Source: the human T2T-CHM13v2.0 reference genome, Homo sapiens. Taken from it: a stretch of DNA of 64,000 nucleotides. The notes under the pieces were generated by a model. That model saw only the letters and a program-made list of their open reading frames with translations. It searched no databases and had not been told where the DNA came from. The number at the start of each line of letters is the position of its first letter. Positions within the stretch are counted from its first letter, which is position 1. Position numbers and translations under genes: made by a program. Below are positions 54,490-64,000 of the stretch, one piece after another. The stretch is from NCBI RefSeq assembly GCF_009914755.1, contig NC_060925.1. The stretch is one strand, 5' to 3'.

Positions 54490-55222
54490 TCAGAAGAGAG
54501 GTCTCTGGGTGCATTTGGTGACACCCCAGGCAGTGGGGGAGACGTCCAGGCTGGAAGGCCAGACACAGCCAGCTCTGCCCAAGGATGCCACGTCCATTTG
54601 CTTCAGTAGGATATGTACCCTGGAAACCCAGCTTCCTGCCTCTCCAGGAAACCCCACTGAGGTCAGCACATCCCCCCAGGTTTAGAAGGGGTCTCTGGGT
54701 GCATCTGGTGACACCCCAGGTGGGGGGGAGACATCCAGGCTGGAAGGCCAGCCACAGCCAGCTCTGCCCGCGGATGCCACGTCCATTTGCTTCAGTAGGA
54801 TCTGCATCCTGTAAACCCTGGTTCCTGCTTCTCCAGGACACCCCACTGAGGTCAGCACTCTCCCCAGGTTTAGAAGGGGTCTCTCAGTGAAATGTGGTGA
54901 CACCCCAGGCAGAAGGGGGGATGCCACAGCCAGCTCTGCCCGCGGATGCCACGTCCATTTGCTTCAGTCGGATCTGCACCGTGGATACCCAGGTTCCTGC
55001 CTCTCCAGGACACCCCACTGATGTTAGCACACCCTCCAGGTTTACAAGCGGTCTCTGGGTACATTTGGTGACACCGTAGGCAGAGGGGGGACACCACAGC
55101 CAGCTCTGCCCGCGGATGCCACGTCCATTTGCTTCAGTAGGATCTGCACCCTGTAAACCCTGGTTCCTGCCTCTTCAGGACACCCCACTGAGGTCAGCAC
55201 CCCCCACCCCCCACCCCCAGGT
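54490..55222. repeat. GC-rich VNTR, 4 units of ~190/188/172/172 bp
   Basis: 'gtctct...ggtgacacc...cacagccagctctgccc...gatgccacgtccatttgcttcagt...accccactga' begins at 54501, 54691, 54879, 55051. Confidence 0.92.
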
Positions 55223-55782
55223 TTGTGCAGCTTCACTGTCTGGGGAGGGACACAGAAAGACCACATTCGGTGGAATTCTGGCTATAACCTTTTGTGGCCG
55301 GCAAGAAGGATCACCAAGCTGTCCTGTTACCTTGCTGGAGTGATCACTGGCTTCACGCTTGGCCCCCGTGCAGTGAGTGCCTGGGCCAGGCTCGATTCTT
55401 GGAGCTCCAGTGAAATTTGGGCTTGGAGCTCACGCCTGCACCATCCAGAAAGCAGAAGGCAGCTGGCCCGGGCTGTACGGTTCGTAGAATCAGAGAGAAC
55501 ACTGCTTGCCTTCATGTCTGTACCACAATAAATCTGCCAACTGTGGTCAAAGTCTCTGGATTCCTGCCCCCTCATTTTATTTTGTCTATTATGGAGTGGA
55601 AGGAGTGAGAAAGATTTTGCTTCCTATTTTGTTTTGCAAGGCGTTTCTAAGAAAAACAACCCGTGTTCTGCAAACGAGATTCTGAGTGTCCCCTGGGCGT
55701 GATGAAAACAAACTTTGGGAATCCAAGGGCCTGAGAGGCAGAGTGAATGTCATTCACATTTCCCTGCGAATGACAAAGTCAC

Positions 55783-55823
<41 letters not shown>

Positions 55824-55994
55824 ATTATAGATTCAGGGGATCCATGGGCAGCTTTGTGTCCTGGGGATATTGTACAATGCTGAGGTTTGGGGTATGAATA
55901 ATCCCGTCACCCAGGCACTGAGCATTGTACATTCCTGAGGTATATAATGTGTACTAAAAATAAAATGTATATTTATATATGCACTAATGATTCA

Positions 55995-56481
<487 letters not shown>

Positions 56482-56593
56482 TCAACTCTTGTACCCCCGC
56501 CCCTGCTTCCTACTCTATTAGTCCTGAGGGTCTGTGGTGCTCCTTCATTGTGTCCAGGTGCAGGCAATGTTTAGCTCCCACCTATAAGCAAAA

Positions 56594-57535
56594 ACATGTG
56601 GTATTTTATTTTCTGTTCCTGGCGTTAATTCACTAAGCATAGTGCCCTTCAGCTTCATCCATGTGACTGCAAAGGGCATGATTTTATTCTTGTTCATGGC
56701 TGTGTAGTATTCCATGATGCGGAAGGATCACATTTACTTTATCTAATTGAGCACATGTGGTATTTGATTTTCTGTTTCTGGCATTAATTCACTAAGCATA
56801 ATTCCCTTCAGCTTCATCCACGTTGCTGCAAAGGGCATGATTTTATTCTTGTTCATGGCTGTGTAGTATTCCATGATGCAGAAGGACCACATTTGCTTTA
56901 TCTAGTGCAGAACATGTGGTATTTGATTTTCTGTTCCTCATATTGATTCACTAAGCATAATGCCCTCTGGCTGCATCCATGTGGCTGCAAAGACATGATT
57001 TTATTTTTTTCATCACTGTGTAGTATTCCGTGGTGTAGAAGGGCCACATTTGCTTTATCCAGTTGAGAACATGTAGTATTTCATTTTCTGTTCCTGGCAT
57101 TAATTCACTAAGCATAATGTCCTTCAGCTGTGTCCATGTGGCTGCAAAGGACATGACATTATTCTTTTTCATGGCTGTGTAGTATTCCATGACGTAGAAA
57201 GACCACATTTGCTTTATCTAGTGGAGAACATGTGGTATTCCATTTTCTTTTCCTGGCGTTAATTCACTAAGCATAATTCCCTTCAGCTGTGTCCATGTGG
57301 CTGCAAAAACATGATTTTATTCTTTTTCATGGCAGTGCAGTATTCCATGGTGTAGAAGGGCCACAATTGCTTTATCCAGTCAAGAACATGTGGTATTTGA
57401 TTTTCTGTTCTTGTGTTAATTCATTAAGCATAATGCCCTCCAGCTACATCCATGTGGCTGCAAAGGACATGATTTTATTCTTTTTCATGGCTGTGTAGTA
57501 TTCGATGCTGTAGAAGAACCACTTTTGCTTTATCC
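56594..57535 (-). repeat. Tandem array of a ~158 bp L1 3' fragment, 6 copies
   Basis: 'acatgtggtatttgattttctgttc...aattcactaagcataat...catccatgtggctgcaaag...gtagtattccatg' at 56594, 56753, 56912, 57069, 57228, 57386. Confidence 0.92.
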
Positions 57536-57610
57536 GGTACCCCACTGATGGGCAACTAGGTTGATTCCATGACTTTCCTATTGTAAGTCGTGCTGTGATG
57601 AACCTTACAG

Positions 57611-57896
57611 GGCCAGGCACTGTAATCCCAGCACTCTGGAGGGCCAAGGTGGGCAGATCACCTGAGGTCAGGAGTTCGAGACCAGCCTGGTCAATATGGT
57701 GAAACCCTGTCTCTACTAAAAATACAAAAATTAGCCAGGCATGGTGGTGCATGCCTGTAATCCCAGCTGCTCAGGAGGCTGAGGCAGGAGAATCACTTGA
57801 ACCCTGGAGACAGAGGTTGCAGTGAGCCGAGATTGCTACTGCACTCCAGCATGGGAAATAGAGCGAGACTCCATCTCAAAAAACAAACAAAAAAGG
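57611..57896 (+). mobile_element. Alu (AluSx-like) inserted in L1
   Basis: Dimeric Alu with a short 5' deletion; TSD gaacYttac. Confidence 0.9.
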
Positions 57897-57989
57897 AACT
57901 TTACCATGCGTGTGTCTTTTTGGTAGAATGACTTCTTTTCCTTTGGGTAGATGCCCAGTCTTGGAATTGCTGGTGCAAATGGTGGAGCA

Positions 57990-58855
57990 GTTTGGATTCG
58001 GGAGGTACATGTACAGGTTTCTTACATGGGTACAATGTGTGATGCTGAGGTCTGGGGTATGAGTGATCCCATCACCCAGGTAGTGAGCATAATACCCCAC
58101 AGTTGGTTTTTTCAACTCTTGTCCTTCTACCTTCCTCTCTCCCCCTAACTAGACCCCAATATCTGTTCCCTTCTCTGTGTCTACATATACGCAACATTTA
58201 GCTCCCACTTATAAGTGAGAACACGCAGCATTCTGTTAATTTACTTAAGATAATGGCCTCCACACTGTTCACAATAGCAAAGATGTGGAACCAACCCAAA
58301 TGCTCATCAGTGATAGACTGGATAAAGAAAATGTAGCACATAGACACTGTGGAATACTATGCAGCCATGAAAAAGATGAGTTCATGTCCTTTGCAGGGAC
58401 ATGGATGAAGCTGGAAACCCTCATGTTCAGCAAAGTGACACAGGAGCAGAAAACCAAACAGTGCATGTTCTCACTCATAAGTGGGAAGTGAACAATGAGA
58501 ACACATCGACCCAGAGAGGGGAACATCACACACTGGGGCCTATTGCAGGGGTGGGGGACTGGGGGAGGGACAGCATTATGAGAAATATCTAATGTAGATG
58601 ATGGGTTGATGGGTGCAGCAAACCGCTATGGCACATGTATATCTATGTAACAATCCTGCACATTCTGCACATATACCCCAGAACTTAAAGTAGAATAGAA
58701 AAAATAATAATAAAAATAATTAAAAAAAATAATGGCCTCCAGCTACATCCATGTTGCTGCAAAAAAAAAAAAAAAACAAAAAAAAAAAACCATGATTTTG
58801 TTCCTTTTCAGGGTTGCGTAGTAGTCCATGGTGTAGATGTACCGCATTTTCTTTG
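57990..58855 (-). mobile_element. Second old L1 3' fragment, antisense, split by a younger L1PA
   Basis: 'gtacatgtacaggtttcttacatggg...cccatcacccaggtagtgagcata...ctcccacttataagtgagaac'; resumes at 58741. Confidence 0.75.
58263..58728 (+). mobile_element. L1PA 3' fragment (5'-truncated) with A-rich tail
   Basis: 'cacaatagcaaag...aaccaacccaaatg...gagttcatgtcctttgcagggacatggatgaagctggaaacc...ccagaacttaaagta'; TSD ataatggcctcca (58250-58262, 58729-58741). Confidence 0.92.
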
Positions 58856-58901
58856 AGGGTGGAGGGTGGGAGGAGGGAGAAGATCAGCAAAAATAACCTG
58901 T

Positions 58902-59655
<754 letters not shown>

Positions 59656-60023
59656 TCAGGAAAGATGTTCTGTGTTTCTGGTAAAGCTGGAAGGAACCTA
59701 CAGGAAGGAGTCACCCCATAAAACTAGTGGAGCAGCATTGCCTTTTGGGGTGAGGGCTGCTTCTGTTAGGCCACCAGGATGAGTGCCTTCCTGGGGAGTG
59801 TGGTTCATCCTATACCATCCAGGAAGCAATTCCTGCCCCCAAATCACCTGCCAGCTTCTGCCCTGTAAGTAAAATCCCCAGCAAGCGGGCAGCAAGGAGC
59901 TGCTTGCCTTGGAAGGCAGCTGAAGTCTCTGCTCACCACCCAGACTGTGTCCTCTGGGCAAGGCCAGGGCTTCCAGTTGGATGGTTTTCACATTAGCGGC
60001 TGCTGTTTAGAATCATCAACATT

Positions 60024-60707
<684 letters not shown>

Positions 60708-60747
60708 TTACCACTGGACCTCCATGTTCTAGTTTCAAAGCTCTGCT

Positions 60748-60848
60748 GGCCACAGTGGCTCATGTCTGTAATCCCAGCACTTTGGGAGGCTGAGGTAGGA
60801 GGACTGCTTGAACCCAGGAGCATGAATCCATCCTAGGCAACATAGTGA
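60748..60848 (+). mobile_element. Alu left monomer (FLAM/AluJ fragment)
   Basis: 'gtggctcatgtctgtaatcccagcactttgggaggctgagg...ggcaacatagtga'. Confidence 0.8.
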
Positions 60849-61643
60849 TAATAGTGTCAAATGAGAGCCAGTGTCCAGTAATTCCCCAAATATCTGAGAA
60901 TTTTCTTTTCTTTAAGTCACAGTCATCCTGGCAGAAGGCTGTAGGTCCCTTTGGGGAAGACTGGGAAAAAGATTAACAATGTAAATTTTTGGCAATGTAG
61001 CAGCGTACTTCCCCAAGATCACCCAGCCTCCCCTTCACTTAAGGGGTTGTGGGCCTGTGAACTGGCTCAAGTCTGGGAATTGATTGAGGGTTTTAGATCT
61101 GTGTTTCATTAATTTGAGTTAGTCTTTTATTCAGTTGACCTAGAATTCTTCATTTTTTAAAGAACAACTAAGACTTTGGTACAGCCCATTAGCTCTCCCT
61201 GTGGATACCGTGGACTACACAATGCCGTGGGTGTCTGTGAGTCAAGCCATTCTGACTGCTGCTTTGACACTGCTTTCCACTGTGGTGACCACACCCACCT
61301 CATCTTTGGTGATTAAGGACAGCCCATGTTCCCTGCCACCCCAGGATTCAATTATCCTCATTTTACTTAAAGATCCCAGTCCAGTGGCTGCAGTTCCTGC
61401 TGTAACATTTTGCCTACTGAGAGCACAAGCTCAAAGCTCTTCCAGGATACTGGGCTCCTCTCACAATATTCTTTCTCATGATCGTTGTGAGGAGTATGTT
61501 CCGTAGACCCTCCAGTGTGAGTGAGCAGGTCTGACATAATAAATCCAGTCTCCCTGAGTTTTTGCATACCTTTCTGTACACATAAACCAAGGAAGTTGTG
61601 GCATCTCAACTTTATGTACCTTAGGTAAACTCTGATTCTGTTT

Positions 61644-61795
61644 CAGCCAACCAACCAAGTCACCAAACAAATAAGCAAACAGCCAACCAATCAACCAACA
61701 AGCAAGCAAGCAACAAACCAACCAAACAACCAAGCAAGGAAGCAAGCACCAACCAACCAAGCAAGCAACCAACCAAGTAACCGATCAAACCAACC
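61644..61795. repeat. Degenerate (CCAA/CAAG)n simple repeat
   Basis: cagccaaccaaccaag...caagcaagcaag...aaccaaccaag. Confidence 0.85.
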
Positions 61796-61967
61796 CTTGG
61801 AGCCCTTTCTAAAGCTTTGACCTACAACCCTGAGTCCAGAATCTCTGTTTAGTGGGCCAACATTAATAAATTTAGCCTAATCCAACTTTATGTTACTTCC
61901 ACCATGGTGCCACACACTTAATATCCATTCCCACATATATTCTCCAGATTTCCTTCTGTATAAATTG

Positions 61968-61984
61968 CGTGTGTGTGTGTGTGT
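61968..61984. repeat. (GT)n microsatellite
   Basis: gtgtgtgtgtgtgtgt. Confidence 0.85.
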
Positions 61985-61995
61985 AGAAAGAGAGC

Positions 61996-62924
61996 ATCAA
62001 CTGAAAAATCACACAATTTTATAAATTTAGAAAGGAGAGCTTTATTTCTTATATAGGTTTGCAGTCTGCAAGGTGGCCATTATGACAGGCTGGGAAGTGT
62101 GGCCTACAGCCAAGGCCAGAGGCAGGCATTTCCAGGGAGGGAAGGAGAGGACAGGAATTTGAGCCAAATGAGTTGGCTACATATACATACTCAATAGGAT
62201 ATCAGAGGAGCTATATCATTTTATGAGAATACTCATAAAAGAGGTCCTAATGCATGCACATTCAATAAACATGCATGTTCATTCTGGGGTGGAGACTTGA
62301 CATTTAAATGTATTATAATTAGGCCCTACACATCAAAAAGTGAAGCAGGGACATGAAGGTACTCAGCCTCTGTAAAGGCACTGCCTCCAAAACTGGCCAG
62401 AACGAGTCCATGGAGGATGGTCTCTTATCAGGAGAAAGTTACTGAAATCAGTCCCTTGTCCAGAGAAAGCTGTCATTAAGGTTAGTGGGGCAGGAGATCA
62501 GTTACTCAGCGTCTGTGAACTGGGTGAGTTGTAATTGTTTTAATCTTGCTTCTCTCACAGCCAGTGCTTGCTTGGTTGCTAGAGAAAAATAAAACCCATG
62601 TGGTAGTTAGAATCTAGTTAATTCTTTAAGAGTAGGGTACAAGACTTAACGCTCGCCTGGCATGGCCCTAGGTCCTGTTTATAATTTGAGGTCTTATTGC
62701 CACAAAGAGTCTGTTCTGTCAGTCTCATGATCTCTATTTTAACATTAATGCTGTTCAGTTGTTGGGTCTAAGCCATAAGAGGGAGGGAGGTACAGGGAGG
62801 TATGTCTGACCTCCTGTCCTGTCATGGCCAAGAACTGAATTTTAAGATTTATTTGAGGTTCCGTTGGCCAACAGGGGGTCTGTTAAGTCGGGTGGGGGGC
62901 TTAGGATTTTATTTTTAGTTTTCA
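61996..62924 (-). mobile_element. ERV1 solo LTR, MER4 family
   Basis: Minus strand begins TGAAAACTAAAAATAAAATCCTAAGCCCCCC...TTGGCCAA...GGCCATGA...GGTCAGACATACCTC (MER4-type 5' end); AATAAA near the 3' end (tttatt at 62041); ends 'gatttttcagttga'. Confidence 0.75.
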
Positions 62925-63489
62925 AGGGAGATAAAATAATTTAATCAATTGGCCCCCGTGACTGTGGGATTAACATGGCTATGATCTGTCGGACAGACTT
63001 CACGCTGGCACCCAGGCAAAATTCTATGCTGTAGTAAATGCATCATGCACATTTGTAACAACACGTACATAACAATGTCACAAAATACTTTCACGGTGAC
63101 ACCTAGATTAGTATTTTATTGAATAGCTGATGATATAAACTGGCTCATTTGATGCCAAGACTGACCATCACCACCATACCAAGGTCATCACTGATCAGAG
63201 GCCTAACCCAAGGAGGGGGTCATGTGCAGACCCAGCAGTGGGGAGGAAAGATGCTGCAGAGGAGACGGATGCCCACAGAGGCCCCTGAGCAGACACAATG
63301 CTCACTAAGTGGTAAGTATAGACTCAACGTAGGCTGTAAGGTCTCCCCCTGTGCAAATGGGACCCCGTCCACTTGAGAGTCAAGGGTCTGTTTGGGTGGC
63401 AGGGATAGCCACTTCTGAAGGTAGAAAGGAAAATAAGCCACCAATTTGGTAGCTTTCTGTGAAATGGACATCGTGCTTAGAATCTCCAT

Positions 63490-63620
63490 TTTCCCCACAA
63501 CCTGGAGGAATAAGTACTGTCATCTGCATTTTGTAGCTGAAGAATCTGACTCAACAAAATTAAATTACTCGCCTAAGCAATTAGCAATTAACCAAGTCTT
63601 TCTGACTCAGAAACCCAGCT
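63490..63620 (-). mobile_element. MIR fragment
   Basis: 'cacaacc...catctgcattttgtagctgaagaatctgactca...gtctttctgactc' resembles the MIR core. Confidence 0.55.
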
Positions 63621-64000
63621 GTTGCCTGTTCATATCCAGCCCCTGTATTGGGGTCAAGATCTGGCCTGTTCTCAATGCAGCAAGATCCAGGCAGATCACA
63701 CTGGACTCCCAGCACTGAATCTGGCTCGAGGGGACATCAAATTTGACTGGGTCATGGGGCTCAGGAGCATCACTCTCAAAAATAGCAGTACAGGAAGAGG
63801 CGATGGCCCTAAACAGCATTTGCAGGCAGATCCCATGTTAATCGTAAGGGTCAGGACTCTCACTTTTCTGTCTCTCTCTCTGTCTCTCCTCTAGGGCTGA
63901 CCCCACATTGGACACCACTACATCCATGTCCATCACACACCACAGCTGCCTTTTCTTCTGCCTGCTTATGGGAAAGTCCCCTCCTCTCCTCCATTTTCTT

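Noticed and set aside
54490-55222. Possible ACRO1 satellite
   Set aside because: Unit lengths of 172-190 bp do not fit the ~147-bp ACRO1 unit, and I could not confirm sequence similarity.
56951-58592. ORFs with L1 ORF2 C-terminal-like words (e.g. '[10 protein letters not shown]', 'FMSFAGTWMKLET')
   Set aside because: Fragments of truncated, dead L1 copies; not functional CDSs.

Overview
Primate (very likely human) non-coding genomic DNA; no credible protein-coding gene. There are three domains. (1) 1-15.1 kb is Alu-dense, intron-like sequence with about 20 Alu elements, MER5A and L2/L1 remnants. (2) About 15,114-47,295 is a ~32 kb, strongly strand-asymmetric satellite of GGCT/GGCTT monomers (9-mer GGCTGGCTT; the complement reads CAGC/CCAAG). 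It has degenerate edges, an older mosaic layer and a homogeneous core of four near-identical 3,855-bp higher-order repeats (~28,981-44,400). (3) 47.3-64 kb is a flank rich in locally generated duplications: AT-rich minisatellites, a composite VNTR, a 172-190 bp VNTR, a six-copy tandem array of an L1 3' fragment, an inverted duplication, nested Alu/L1 insertions, a near-consensus AluY and a MER4-type LTR. The many ORFs in the satellite and in Alus are compositional artefacts. I cannot identify the locus from sequence alone. From memory, large (CAGC)n-type arrays occur in human segmental duplications such as 22q11.21 and 2p11, but this is unverified here. Repeat subfamily calls were made by eye. 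The most interesting points are the satellite's higher-order structure and the hypothesis, not demonstrated, that it is a G4/R-loop-prone, switch-region-like array.
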